This document shows, piece after piece, positions 17,769-27,726 of a stretch of DNA of 64,000 bases (position 1 is the first letter of the stretch; every line of letters begins with the position of its first letter). The translations under genes were made by a program, and so were the position numbers. The stretch is from assembly GCA_965200225.1 (NCBI GenBank), contig CBDATM010000001.1, forward strand, positions 1,551,878 through 1,615,877, in the 5' to 3' direction. Under the pieces are notes generated by a model. That model was not told the DNA's origin and did not search any database. It worked only from the letters and a program-made list of their open reading frames with translations. This DNA is from Gammaproteobacteria bacterium. GTDB taxonomy: Bacteria; Pseudomonadota; Gammaproteobacteria; Steroidobacterales; Foliamicaceae.

Positions 17769-18887
17769 GTGCCCACGATGCCAAGTAGCAGCGCTCCCGC
17801 ATCAACGGATTCGACCGTGCCGACGCCGGCTGAGTTGGCGTCCGCCGCGGAATCGCTTGCTCCGCTGGTTCGTGACAATGCCGTCCGCTCGGAGCAGTTG
17901 CGCGACCCTGTTCCGGAGGTCGTCAAGGCGCTGCGGGAGACCGGGCTGCACAAAATCTACCGGCCCCGCCGCTACGGGGGTTATGGTCTTGACTGGGGTC
18001 CGCATTTCACCGTCGGCGAGCGTCTCGCGCGGGAATGCGGATCAACCGGATGGCTGGTGTCGCTGGTCTTTTCGCATGTGCTGTTTGTGGGCCGGTTTCG
18101 GCCGGAAGCCCAGGACGAGTTCTTTGCCCAAGCCGGCGATGATGCCGTGCTGGCGACCGGCTCCGCCGGCGGAGGCGCCATTCGCCGCGAGGAGTCCGAC
18201 TGGCGGTTGACAGGCCGCTGGGCGTTCGTCAGCGGGGTGAACATCGCCAGCGGCGTGATGGTAGTCGCCCGGGAAGAACCCGAGGGACCCATCTCGCACT
18301 TCGCCTTGCTGCTTCCGGGCGAGTATCAGATCCTCGATACCTGGAATGTCGAAGGGCTGAGAGGTACCGGCAGCCACGACGTAGTGGCCGATCAGGTGCG
18401 GGTGCCGACACGGCGCGTGCTCACCATGGAAGAGTTCGCCAGCATGGAGCCGCCGGGCGCCGTGATTGCAGAAAGCTACGTGCATCGCGTACGCACCGCG
18501 CCGTATCAGAAAAGCTGGCTTGCGGGACCGCTGCTTGGCACGGCGCGGGGCGCGCTGGAGTCCTATTGCGAGCAAACTCGAGCGCGCACCGGACGACTCT
18601 TCGGCGAATCCATCGTTGCCCAAGCGCCGGTACAGGTCCGTGTCGGCGAAGCCTGCGCCAGGCTCGACGCGGCAGAGTTGCTGTTCGAGGAAGTGATCCG
18701 GGACCTTCACGCGGCGGGCGCGTCCGGCGAGGAGATCATTGGCGAGCGGCTGCTGCGCCTGCGGCGGCTGGTGACCTTCGGGTCGCGGCTGTGCGCGTCC
18801 ACGGCGGATTCCCTGGCGGCCATGATGGGCGTGACCGGGCAGAAGGCGTCCAATCCCGTACAACGGCTGTACCGCGATTGGGTGTAG
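17769..18887 (+). CDS. Flavin-dependent monooxygenase of the acyl-CoA dehydrogenase fold (HsaA/DszC-like), C-terminus truncated
   Basis: PRRYGGYG, CGSTGW, LTGRWAFVSG, DTWNVEGLRGTGSHDV; ends abruptly at QRLYRDWV where homologues continue. Confidence 0.8.
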   Translation: MPTMPSSSAPASTDSTVPTPAELASAAESLAPLVRDNAVRSEQLRDPVPEVVKALRETGLHKIYRPRRYGGYGLDWGPHFTVGERLARECGSTGWLVSLVFSHVLFVGRFRPEAQDEFFAQAGDDAVLATGSAGGGAIRREESDWRLTGRWAFVSGVNIASGVMVVAREEPEGPISHFALLLPGEYQILDTWNVEGLRGTGSHDVVADQVRVPTRRVLTMEEFASMEPPGAVIAESYVHRVRTAPYQKSWLAGPLLGTARGALESYCEQTRARTGRLFGESIVAQAPVQVRVGEACARLDAAELLFEEVIRDLHAAGASGEEIIGERLLRLRRLVTFGSRLCASTADSLAAMMGVTGQKASNPVQRLYRDWV

Positions 18888-19475
18888 AGACCATCGATCT
18901 GTTGCAGATCCATCTATATGACGATCAAACGCCGGTGGAAGAAACCATGGAAGCACTCGGCCGGCTGGTGCTGGACGGCAAGGTGCGCCACCTGGGAGCA
19001 TGCAATCTTCGCGCCTGGCAACTGGCCAAGATGAATTTCGCCGCTCGGGCCAACGGCTGGCCCGAGTTCGAGGCGGTGCAGGTTCACTACAATCTGCTCT
19101 ATCGCGAAGAAGAACGTGATCTCCTCCCGTTCTGCGCAGATCAGAACATCGCCGTATTGCCCTGGAGCCCGCTCGCGCGCGGCCGCCTTGCCCGTCCGCG
19201 CGCTCCCGCATCGACGGTCCGTGGAAAGACCGACGATGTCGCCGATCAGATGTACGGCGCGCCAAGCGACAAGGTGCTCGACGTTCTGGCTCAGGTATCG
19301 GAAGAGCACGGGATCAAACCCGCCCTAGCGGCCCTGGCCCTGGTTATGGACCCGGCCATCCGTAACCACCCCGGTCATTGGCGCCACCCGCCTCGCACAC
19401 GTTGAAGAGGCATTGGCGGCCGCGGACACGATCCTCCCCAGGGAGGTTTTGACCCGCCCTCAGGACAGAGACGGG
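18875..19475 (+). pseudogene. Aldo/keto reductase remnant (N-terminal part deleted; frameshift near 19355)
   Basis: RLGVETIDLLQIH, GKVRHLGACN, QVHYNLLYR, PWSPLARG, then VIGATRLAHVEEAL in a different frame. Confidence 0.8.
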
Positions 19476-20243
19476 CTACGGGCGCACAGGAATGTCGTGG
19501 GCAGCCAGAAAATCCTTCAGGCGCGGGATTGCGATTTCGCCGGAGTGAAACACGCTCGCGGCCAGCGCTCCATCCACGCGCGCCTGCTGGAACACATCGG
19601 CAAAGTGCTGGAGAGCGCCGGCGCCGCCCGAGGCGATCAGCGGTACGTGGCAGCGCTCGCGCACGGCGCACAACTGCTCGATGTCATAGCCCTGGCGCAC
19701 CCCGTCCATGTTCATGCAGTTCAGCACGATTTCTCCGGCGCCCCGGTCCTGTACCTCGCCGACCCAGTCCAGCGTGCTGCGCCCCGCGCCGCGGCTGAGC
19801 GACGGGTCGCCGGTGAGTTCGTGCACCTGCCATTCGCCGCCGCTGCCGCTGCTGTCGATTCCCACCACCACGCATTGGGAGCCGAAGCGCAGCGCCAGTT
19901 TCCCGATCAGGTCCGGGTTGGCGAGCGCCGGACTGTTGACGGAAATCTTGTCGGCCCCGTTCATCAGCACCTTCTCGGCGGAGGCCACGTCGCGAATTCC
20001 GCCCGCCACGCAGAACGGGATGTCGAGAACTTCGGCCACCCGCAGGATCCAGCTACGGTCCACCGAGCGGCCGTGCGGGCTTGCGGTGATGTCGTAGAAC
20101 ACGACTTCATCGGCGTGCTCCTCCCGGTAGCGGCGCGCCAGGTCCATGATTTCGCCCATGATGCGGTGCTCGCGAAAGCGCACGCCCTTTACCACCTGGC
20201 CGTCGCGCACGTCCAGGCAGGGAATTATTCGCCGCGCCAGCAC
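19476..20243 (-). CDS. hisF: Imidazole glycerol phosphate synthase cyclase subunit
   Basis: [54 protein letters not shown]. Confidence 0.97.
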   Translation of the reverse strand: MLARRIIPCLDVRDGQVVKGVRFREHRIMGEIMDLARRYREEHADEVVFYDITASPHGRSVDRSWILRVAEVLDIPFCVAGGIRDVASAEKVLMNGADKISVNSPALANPDLIGKLALRFGSQCVVVGIDSSGSGGEWQVHELTGDPSLSRGAGRSTLDWVGEVQDRGAGEIVLNCMNMDGVRQGYDIEQLCAVRERCHVPLIASGGAGALQHFADVFQQARVDGALAASVFHSGEIAIPRLKDFLAAHDIPVRP

Positions 20244-20965
20244 TTTTCCGCCTCCTCGGCAGTGATGCGGCCGTCCAGAAGCGCTTTGCCCGATACTGCT
20301 GCCGCCACTCCCGTGTTCGCCAGCGCCTTGAGATCGAGCGCCCGCGACACCCCGCCGGAGGCGATGAAGGACGCCTTGGGCGAGTGGCGAACGCAGCGCG
20401 CATACAGAGCCGTATTGGGCCCGCTCAGCATGCCGTCGCGCCCGATGTCGGTGCACAAAAACCAGGTCACGCCCTGTTCCTGCAGGCGGTCCAGCAGTTC
20501 CCACAAGGAAAGGCCGCTGCCCTGGGTCCAGCCGCGGGTCAACACCTCGGGCTCGGGGCCGGGGCCGTTGCGCACGTCCAGCGCCGCCACCAGTCGGCCG
20601 GCGCCGTGTTCTTTCACCCAACGCTGCGCTCGTTGCGGGTCTTCGGCCAGCGCGCTGCCGGCCACGGCCCGGCTGACGCCGCTTGCAAAAACCGATCGCA
20701 GGGTTTCATCGTCGCGAATGCCGCCGCCTACCTGCACCGACAGCGATGTTTCTTGCGCCACGCGGGCGATGGCTGCGGCGTTCTCGCGCCGGCCGGAACG
20801 GGCGCCGTCCAGGTCCACGATGTGCAGGCTGCGCGCCCCCAGGCTGGCCCATTTCTGCGCCAGTTCCAGGGGCGTCGCCGAATAGAAGGTGGCGTCGTCG
20901 AAACGGCCGCGGCGCAGGCGCACAACCTGGCCGGCCATCAGGTCTATGGAGGGAATGAGTTCCAC
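20225..20965 (-). CDS. hisA: ProFAR isomerase
   Basis: [47 protein letters not shown]; overlaps hisF start. Confidence 0.95.
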   Translation of the reverse strand: MELIPSIDLMAGQVVRLRRGRFDDATFYSATPLELAQKWASLGARSLHIVDLDGARSGRRENAAAIARVAQETSLSVQVGGGIRDDETLRSVFASGVSRAVAGSALAEDPQRAQRWVKEHGAGRLVAALDVRNGPGPEPEVLTRGWTQGSGLSLWELLDRLQEQGVTWFLCTDIGRDGMLSGPNTALYARCVRHSPKASFIASGGVSRALDLKALANTGVAAAVSGKALLDGRITAEEAEKCWRGE

Positions 20966-21066
20966 GTCAGGAGTCCGCGCCACCGTGCGAGGCTTCCACG
21001 CAACCCTCGCCCGGATACGCTGCGCCCGCTCTGATGCGACAACAGGAGAGAGTCACGGCATTCGCT

Positions 21067-21663
21067 TCAGGCGGCCAGGAAATTTCGGAGCAGGCGCCGG
21101 CCGTGGCGCCCGGAACGTTCAGGGTGGAATTGCACGCCGAAGAAATTGCCTTTGTTCACTACCGAGGCAAAGCTCGCGCCATGTTCGGTTTCCCCCAGGC
21201 AGTCGGCGCTGGTGGGCGCCGCGTAGCTGTGCACGAAGTAGAACCAGGCGCCGTCGGGGATGCCGTCCAGCAATCTGGATTCGCCGCGCTGGACGACCTG
21301 GTTCCAGCCCATGTGCGGAATGCTGTGCTCCGGCGAGGATTTCAGCAGATCGACGCGGCCCGGAATCACCCCCAGGCAGGGCGTATCGTCTTCGCTGGAC
21401 AGGTCGTAGAGCAACTGCATGCCCAGGCAGATGCCGAGAACGGGCTGTTCCAGTCGCGGGATCAGTTTTTCAAGGCCCGCTTCGCGCAGCTTCTGCATGC
21501 CCGCGCCGGCGGCGCCCACTCCCGGCAGAAAGACCCGTTCGGCGCTCTCGATTTCGGCGGTCTTGCGCGTGAATCGGGCCTCAACGCCGAGGCGTTGCAG
21601 GGCGAAGCGCAACGAAGCAATGTTGGCCCCGCCGCAGTCCACGAGGGCCACGCGGGTGGTCAC
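21067..21663 (-). CDS. hisH: Imidazole glycerol phosphate synthase glutaminase subunit
   Basis: LPGVG, LGICLGMQ, IPHMGWN, FYFVHSY, VQFHPERS. Confidence 0.97.
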   Translation of the reverse strand: MTTRVALVDCGGANIASLRFALQRLGVEARFTRKTAEIESAERVFLPGVGAAGAGMQKLREAGLEKLIPRLEQPVLGICLGMQLLYDLSSEDDTPCLGVIPGRVDLLKSSPEHSIPHMGWNQVVQRGESRLLDGIPDGAWFYFVHSYAAPTSADCLGETEHGASFASVVNKGNFFGVQFHPERSGRHGRRLLRNFLAA

Positions 21664-22730
21664 AGCTCGCCCTTGGTGCTGGGGATGTCGCCGCCTCCCT
21701 CCCGCGCAATGGCCAGGCGCAGGGCGCGTCCAACGCCCTTGAAGCAGGACTCGATCATATGGTGGCTGTTCTCCCCGCGGGTCCGAATGTGCAGGGTGGC
21801 GCCGCTGGCTTCGGCCAGCGAGCGGAAAAAGTGCTCCACGAGTTCGGTGGGCAGACCGCCCACGTATTCGCGCGCGAATTGGCCCTTGAACTTGAGCCAG
21901 GGGCGCCCGGACAGGTCCAGCAGAACCTTGGCGTCCGCCTCGTCCATGGGCAACTGAAACGCGAATCGGCTTATGCCGCGCCGATCTCCCAGAGCTTCCT
22001 TCAGCGCCGCGCCCAGGGCCAGCGCGCAGTCTTCCACCGTGTGGTGCTCGTCCACCTGAAGGTCGCCCCGGCAGCGCAGTTTGAGCGCGAATCCGCCGTG
22101 CTTGGCAAGCTGCTCCAGCATATGGTCGAAAAAACCGATGCCAGTGGCCACTTCTGCCGACGCCGGGGCGTCCAGGTCCACTTCCACCCGGATGTCGGTC
22201 TCGCGAGTCGCCCGGCGCGCGCGCCCAACGCGGGGCGCATCCACGATTTCGCGCACCACCTGTTTCCAACTCTCCGAATTGGCAGCATCAACACGGAACC
22301 CGCGCACGCCCAGGTTTTCGGCGAACTCGAGATCGGTGTCGCGGTCGCCGATCATCACGCTGGCGGCGCGGTCCACGGGACGTTTCCGCATGAATTCGTT
22401 TACCAGGCCGGTTCGGGGCTTGCGGCAATTGCAGCCGTCCCCGGAGCGGTGCGGACAAACGAATACTTCGGAGAACTCGATTCCCTGCGAGGCCAGCACC
22501 TGCAACAGGAACTCATGCGGGATCCGATAGTCCTCCATCGGGAAGGTCTCGCTGCCCAGGCCGTCCTGGTTGCTCACGATCACCAGTTCAAACCCCGCCT
22601 CCAGCAGTCGCCGCAGCGCCGGCACCACGCCTTGCGCCAGTTTGAGCTTCGCAAGGCTGTCGATCTGATAGTCGGGCGGTTCCTCGATCAGGGTTCCGTC
22701 GCGGTCCAGGAAGGCAATGCGCGCGCTCAT
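21660..22730 (-). CDS. hisB: Bifunctional histidinol-phosphatase / imidazoleglycerol-phosphate dehydratase (HisNB)
   Basis: FLDRDGTL HAD motif, CNCRKP, TGIGFFDHML, DEHHTVED, NSHHMIES. Confidence 0.97.
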   Translation of the reverse strand: MSARIAFLDRDGTLIEEPPDYQIDSLAKLKLAQGVVPALRRLLEAGFELVIVSNQDGLGSETFPMEDYRIPHEFLLQVLASQGIEFSEVFVCPHRSGDGCNCRKPRTGLVNEFMRKRPVDRAASVMIGDRDTDLEFAENLGVRGFRVDAANSESWKQVVREIVDAPRVGRARRATRETDIRVEVDLDAPASAEVATGIGFFDHMLEQLAKHGGFALKLRCRGDLQVDEHHTVEDCALALGAALKEALGDRRGISRFAFQLPMDEADAKVLLDLSGRPWLKFKGQFAREYVGGLPTELVEHFFRSLAEASGATLHIRTRGENSHHMIESCFKGVGRALRLAIAREGGGDIPSTKGEL

Positions 22731-23788
22731 GCCGCCGCCTTGAAGACCGCCAGCAGGCCATCGTTCTGTTCCGGCGTGCCCAGGGTGATGCGCACGCAGG
22801 ACTCAAGGCCCGGTTCATCGGGGATTCGGCGCAGCAGGTAGCCGCCGTCCCTGGCTGCGGCGGCAAAGCCGTCGGCGTCGGCGACTTTCGCCAGAATGAA
22901 GTTGGTTTGGCTGGGATACACGGCCGCGACCTGGGGAAGCTCCGCCAGCCGCGCGCCGAAGCGCTCGCGCTCCTCGATGATCCGGGCAATGCGCCCCTGC
23001 ATCCCGGCCAGATTTTCCGGTTTCAGCGCTTCCAGCACAGCGTGTTCGCACAGGGCGGAAAAACTGTAGGGCGACTGCACGCGGCGCATCAGCTCGATGA
23101 TTTCCGCGCAGGCAATGATTGCGCCGCAGCGCACGCCGGCCAGACCCAGCGCCTTGGAGACGGTGCGCAGCACAACCACATGCGGGTGCTCCGTGATCCA
23201 GTCGGCCCCCGGGTTCTGTCCGGCGAACTCGGCGTAGGCGGCATCAAGCACCACCACGGTTCTTTCCCGGGCGTATTCCACCAGTTCCAGGAGGTCGCGC
23301 GGATCCATCAGGTTGCCCGTGGGGTTGTTCGGGGAACAAAGGATCAGGAGCTTGACCTCATCGGACCAGGCCGCCTTGATGGCCGGCACGTCGAGCGAGA
23401 AGCCGTCTTCCGCGCGCAAGGGAACCTCGAGGACCCGGGCGCCTTGCAAGCGGCCGTACCAGCGAAACATCTCGAACGCGGGGGGGCAGAACAGCGCGCT
23501 GTCCACATTCGCCTCGCAAAAGGCCCGGTACAGGCAGTCGATGCCCTCGCTGCTTCCGCGGGTCACCGACACTTCCTCCGGCCGCACGCCATAGTGTTCG
23601 GCCATGCGCTCGGTAAGCGCAGCGGGATACAGCAGCGGGTACCAGTTGAGATTGCCCGGCGCGGGGTCGTAATCCGGCGCCCAGGGCAACTCGTTGGCGT
23701 GCAGCCGAGCCAGACTCGGCGTTGTGGGCGCCTGGTAGGCCCGGCCCTTCTGCACGGCCTCCCGTGCCAGCGATGTGATCCAGCTCAT
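22727..23788 (-). CDS. hisC: Histidinol-phosphate aminotransferase
   Basis: LHANE, TRGSSEGID, CSPNNPTG, RTVSKALGLAGVRCG. Confidence 0.95.
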   Translation of the reverse strand: MSWITSLAREAVQKGRAYQAPTTPSLARLHANELPWAPDYDPAPGNLNWYPLLYPAALTERMAEHYGVRPEEVSVTRGSSEGIDCLYRAFCEANVDSALFCPPAFEMFRWYGRLQGARVLEVPLRAEDGFSLDVPAIKAAWSDEVKLLILCSPNNPTGNLMDPRDLLELVEYARERTVVVLDAAYAEFAGQNPGADWITEHPHVVVLRTVSKALGLAGVRCGAIIACAEIIELMRRVQSPYSFSALCEHAVLEALKPENLAGMQGRIARIIEERERFGARLAELPQVAAVYPSQTNFILAKVADADGFAAAARDGGYLLRRIPDEPGLESCVRITLGTPEQNDGLLAVFKAAA

Positions 23789-25131
23789 TGCGCGCCTCCG
23801 ATCAAGGTCGCGGATTCTGTCGGCATCTTCGGGGCGCATCGGGCCTCGGCCGCGCGCGCATGCGCTTCCAGGCCCTCGAGACGCGCCAGCGTAGCGATCG
23901 CCCCGGCGATGTTCCCCAGCCCCTCCTGCGTAAGCTCCTGGACGCTGATGCGCTTGTGGAAGTCGGCAAGCGACAGGCCGCTGGCCCATCGGGCGCTGCC
24001 GTAGGTGGGCAGTACGTGGTTGGCGCCATTGCAGTAGTCGCCGCTGGATTCCGGCGACCACGGGCCCAGAAAGACCGCCCCCGCATGGGAAATGTCCGCC
24101 AGCAGCGCCCTCGGTTCGGCAACGTGCAACAACAGGTGTTCAGGCGCGTAACGGTTCGCGATCTCAACGGCGGTGTTGAGTGAATCCACGATCAAAAGCG
24201 CGCCGGATGACAGGGATTTCTCCAGCACACGGCGCCGCGGCAGACTGCGCAACTGTTTGGCGATCTGGTCCTGAACCTCTTCGGCCAAACGTGGTTGGAG
24301 GCACAGGAGCAGCACGTGCGCGTCTTCTCCGTGCTCGGCCTGGCTGAGCAGGTCCAGGGCAACGAACAGCGGGTCGGCACTCTCATCGGCGATCACCATC
24401 GCTTCGGTCGGTCCCGCCGGCAGGTCCTGCGCCGGTCCTCCGGGCTCCATGGCGGCCTGCTGCTTGGCGGCCGCAACCCAGCGGCTTCCGGGTCCGAACA
24501 GCTTGTCCACGCGCGGGACGCTTTCCGTGCCGTAGGTCATGGCGGCGATCGCCTGGGCACCGCCGAGCTTGAACACATGGTGCACTTCGCAGTGCCGGGC
24601 CACGTACAGAACTGCGGGGTTGGTGCCGCCGTCGCGGTCCGGAGGCGTGCAGAGGATGCGCAGCGGGCAACCGGCAAGCTGCGCCGGCGCCGCCAGCATC
24701 AACGCCGTGGAGGGTAGGGGAGCGCCTCCGGCGGGCACGTAGAGCCCCACCGCCTGCAACGGCAGGTGTTTCTGCTCGCAGACGATGCCCGGCGCGGGCT
24801 GCACGCGAATGTCCTGGGGCTGTTGCGCCACGTGGCAGGCGCGAATGTTGTCCAGCGCCGTATGTATGGCCGCGCGCTGCTCGGGCGTCAAGCATTTCTC
24901 AGCCGCTTCCATTTCCTCGGCGCCGACCTTGATCGAGTCCAGATTCACGCCGTCCAGCTCGGCCTCCAGGCGCAATAGCGCGCGATCGCCGCCCTGGCGC
25001 ACATCCTGCATGATTTCGCGCACCCGCGACTCCAGGCGCGGATCGGCCGGGGCGGCCGGGCGCGCCAGAACCGCTTCGCGCTGCGTATCGGCGAGCCTGT
25101 CCCAATGCAGCAGTGGAGGGGCGGGCTTCAT
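23785..25131 (-). CDS. hisD: Histidinol dehydrogenase
   Basis: VGLYVPAG, GGAQAIAA, KLFGPGS, PAGPTE, QAEH, APEHL, GDYCNGANHVLPT. Confidence 0.97.
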   Translation of the reverse strand: MKPAPPLLHWDRLADTQREAVLARPAAPADPRLESRVREIMQDVRQGGDRALLRLEAELDGVNLDSIKVGAEEMEAAEKCLTPEQRAAIHTALDNIRACHVAQQPQDIRVQPAPGIVCEQKHLPLQAVGLYVPAGGAPLPSTALMLAAPAQLAGCPLRILCTPPDRDGGTNPAVLYVARHCEVHHVFKLGGAQAIAAMTYGTESVPRVDKLFGPGSRWVAAAKQQAAMEPGGPAQDLPAGPTEAMVIADESADPLFVALDLLSQAEHGEDAHVLLLCLQPRLAEEVQDQIAKQLRSLPRRRVLEKSLSSGALLIVDSLNTAVEIANRYAPEHLLLHVAEPRALLADISHAGAVFLGPWSPESSGDYCNGANHVLPTYGSARWASGLSLADFHKRISVQELTQEGLGNIAGAIATLARLEGLEAHARAAEARCAPKMPTESATLIGGAQ

Positions 25132-26066
25132 TCGAGCATCTTCTCCACCGGCAGCACCAGCACCGAACTGGCGCCCGCATCCTTGAGGGCCTCCAGAGTC
25201 TCCCAGAAGATGCTCTCCCGGCACACGGCATGGACTGCAACGCGGTCTTCGCTTCCTTCCAGCGCCATGATGGTGGGCGACTCGGAGCCGGGCAGCAGGT
25301 CGGCAATGGTGGGCAGCGCCCGGCGCGGGGCGTGCAGCATGATGTACTTGGTCTCCCGCGCCTGCATCACGCCGTCAATCCGGCGCTTTAGCAGGTTTAC
25401 TACCTGGCGCCGGGCCGCGGGCAGCTCGGCCGGGCAGGCCAGCAGAGTGGCCTGACTCTCAAGGACGGTCTCGCCTTCGTCGAGCTGGTTGGCCGCCAGC
25501 GTTTTCCCGCTGGAAACCAGATCGCAGATCGCCTCCGCCCGTCCAAGGCGCGGCGCCAATTCCACCGCGCCGGAAAACGGCACGACCTCGGCTTCGACAC
25601 CCGCCTGGGCAAGGAACCTTCGGGTGAGCCGCGGGTAGCTGCTGGCCACGCGCAGCCCGCTCAAGTCCTCCACGCAGGTGGCCGATCCCTCCCTCGGGTA
25701 GGCCATCGCCAGGCGGCAGCCTCCGTAATCCAGGCTGCGGACCGGCTGCGGCGCGCTGTCGTCCGATTCCAGTCCCAGGCGCTGCTCTTCGGCCACATTC
25801 AGACCCACGATTCCCAGATCGCATGCGCCTTCGCGCACCAGACCGGGGATTTCATCGTCGCGCACCAGCAGCACGTCCACCGGCATGTTCTCGGCAACCG
25901 CCAGCAGCTGATCGGTCCCGCGCGTCAGCCGCAGGCCGCAGCGCTTCAGCAGCGCCAGCGAGTGATCGGTAAGGCGCCCGGACTTCTGCACCGCGATCTG
26001 CACTCGCTCGCTCCGCTTCCACTGCACGGCGTTCGTTTGCGCGGCGTTCGTCTGTGCAGCGTTCAT
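25128..26066 (-). CDS. hisG: ATP phosphoribosyltransferase (long form)
   Basis: IAVQKSGRL, VRDDEIP, DLGIVGLN, GAVELAP, ICDLVSSGKTL, C-terminal regulatory domain. Confidence 0.97.
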   Translation of the reverse strand: MNAAQTNAAQTNAVQWKRSERVQIAVQKSGRLTDHSLALLKRCGLRLTRGTDQLLAVAENMPVDVLLVRDDEIPGLVREGACDLGIVGLNVAEEQRLGLESDDSAPQPVRSLDYGGCRLAMAYPREGSATCVEDLSGLRVASSYPRLTRRFLAQAGVEAEVVPFSGAVELAPRLGRAEAICDLVSSGKTLAANQLDEGETVLESQATLLACPAELPAARRQVVNLLKRRIDGVMQARETKYIMLHAPRRALPTIADLLPGSESPTIMALEGSEDRVAVHAVCRESIFWETLEALKDAGASSVLVLPVEKMLE

Positions 26067-27133
26067 CCACTATTCCGGTCGAGCCGCGCGATGACCGCCT
26101 CGGTGAATTGTTCGGTAGAAGCGGCTGGCCCGTCGCCGGCGATGTCGGCGGTGCGTATGCCTTCGGCGACGGTCGCCGCCACGGCGGCCTCGACCGCGCG
26201 CGCGGCCTGCGGCGCCTTGAGACTCAAATCCAGCATCATCGCCACCGAAAGGATCATGCCGCAGGGATTGGCCAGACCCTTGCCGGCGATGTCCGGCGCG
26301 GTGCCGTGGATCGGTTCGTAGAGCCCCTTGCCGCCGTCGCCGATCGACGCCGAAGGCGCCATGCCCAGCGAGCCCGCGAGCACCGAAGCCTCGTCGGTAA
26401 GGATGTCGCCGAACATGTTCTCGGTGACCAGCACGTCGAAACCGGCCGCGTGCGTGAGCAGGCGCATGGCTGCGGCGTCCACCAGCAGGTGCTCCAGTTC
26501 CAGGTCCGGGAACTCATCGGCGATCAGCCTTGACGTTACCGAGCGCCACAGGCGCGACGTGGCCAGCACATTGGCCTTGTCGATCGAACACAACCGGCCG
26601 CTGCGTTGCCGCGCCAGATTCGCGGCGTAGCGCACCACGCGCTCCACTTCCTCGCGGCTGTAGGCGCACAAGTCGCTGGCCGCGTCATTGCCCTCCTGCT
26701 TGTCGCCGAAGTAGATGCCGCCGGTGAGCTCGCGGACCACGATCAGGTCCACTCCGGCCAGACTGTCCGTGCGCAAGGGCGAAGCCTCGCATGCGCCCGC
26801 CAGCGGCCGTATCGGCCGAAGATTGGCATATACGCCGAGAAGAGCGCGCAGATCCAACAGGCCCTGTTCCGGCCGCAGCGCGGGGTCCGGGGGCGGTGGT
26901 CCCGGCAATCCCACGGCGCCCAGCAGCACGGCGTCGGAATCCATGCAGAGGTCGCGCGTGGACGGTGGCAGCGGAGCGCCCAGCGCTGCCAGGGCGGCAC
27001 CGCCGAAGGGCGCCTCCTCGATTCTCAGGTCAAGCGCGTGGCGGGCCGCTGCGGACCGCAGTGCCGCCAGGCCCGCGCGCATCACCTCCGGCCCGATTCC
27101 GTCGCCGGGCAAAACGGCAATGAGGGACGTCAA
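26063..27133 (-). CDS. leuB: 3-isopropylmalate dehydrogenase
   Basis: LPGDGIGPEV, VRELTGGIYFG, DKANVL, ENMFGDILTDE, YEPIHGTAPDIAG. Confidence 0.97.
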   Translation of the reverse strand: MTSLIAVLPGDGIGPEVMRAGLAALRSAAARHALDLRIEEAPFGGAALAALGAPLPPSTRDLCMDSDAVLLGAVGLPGPPPPDPALRPEQGLLDLRALLGVYANLRPIRPLAGACEASPLRTDSLAGVDLIVVRELTGGIYFGDKQEGNDAASDLCAYSREEVERVVRYAANLARQRSGRLCSIDKANVLATSRLWRSVTSRLIADEFPDLELEHLLVDAAAMRLLTHAAGFDVLVTENMFGDILTDEASVLAGSLGMAPSASIGDGGKGLYEPIHGTAPDIAGKGLANPCGMILSVAMMLDLSLKAPQAARAVEAAVAATVAEGIRTADIAGDGPAASTEQFTEAVIARLDRNSG

Positions 27134-27136
27134 TTG

Positions 27137-27712
27137 CTATGCCCTCCGCTGTTCCCACTTGCGAATCCGTTCCTCCTGCTGGAGCAGGTATCCGAGCTGA
27201 TCGATCCCGTTCATCAGGCAATAGCGCGCGAAGCGTTCGATTTCGAAGGACGCGGGCGGGCCTTCCGGCAACTCCACCCAGGCCTGTTCGAGGTCGATCA
27301 CCACCTCGGCGCCGGGATTTTCCATAAGCCAGCGGTGCGGTTGCGGATCGAGAACCACCGGAACGAAGCCGTTTTTCAGCGAGTTGCTGCGGAAGATGTC
27401 GGCGATGCTGGTGCTGATAACGGCGCGCAGCCCGCTGTCCAGCAGCGCCCAGGGCGCGTGCTCGCGCGACGAGCCGCAGCCGAAGTTGTCGCCCGCCACC
27501 AGTATGCTGCGGCCCTGGTTTTCCTTGCGGTTGAGCACGAAGTCGGGGTTGAGCGTCCCGTCCTTGGCGTAGCGCCAGTCATGAAAGGCGGCGTTGCCCA
27601 GACCTTCGCGTCCGGTGGTGGTGAGAAAGCGCGCGGGAATGATCTGGTCCGTATCGATATTGTCAATGTTCAGCACCATGGTGCGCGAAGCGATGCGAGT
27701 GATCTTCTTCAT
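27137..27712 (-). CDS. leuD: 3-isopropylmalate dehydratase small subunit
   Basis: NIDTDQIIPARFL, NFGCGSSREHAPWAL, ADIFRSN. Confidence 0.97.
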   Translation of the reverse strand: MKKITRIASRTMVLNIDNIDTDQIIPARFLTTTGREGLGNAAFHDWRYAKDGTLNPDFVLNRKENQGRSILVAGDNFGCGSSREHAPWALLDSGLRAVISTSIADIFRSNSLKNGFVPVVLDPQPHRWLMENPGAEVVIDLEQAWVELPEGPPASFEIERFARYCLMNGIDQLGYLLQQEERIRKWEQRRA

Positions 27713-27726
27713 GGCCGCCTCCGCAA

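Noticed and set aside
19413-20885. 490-aa plus-strand ORF
   Set aside because: Only the first codons continue the AKR remnant; the rest is antisense to hisF and hisA
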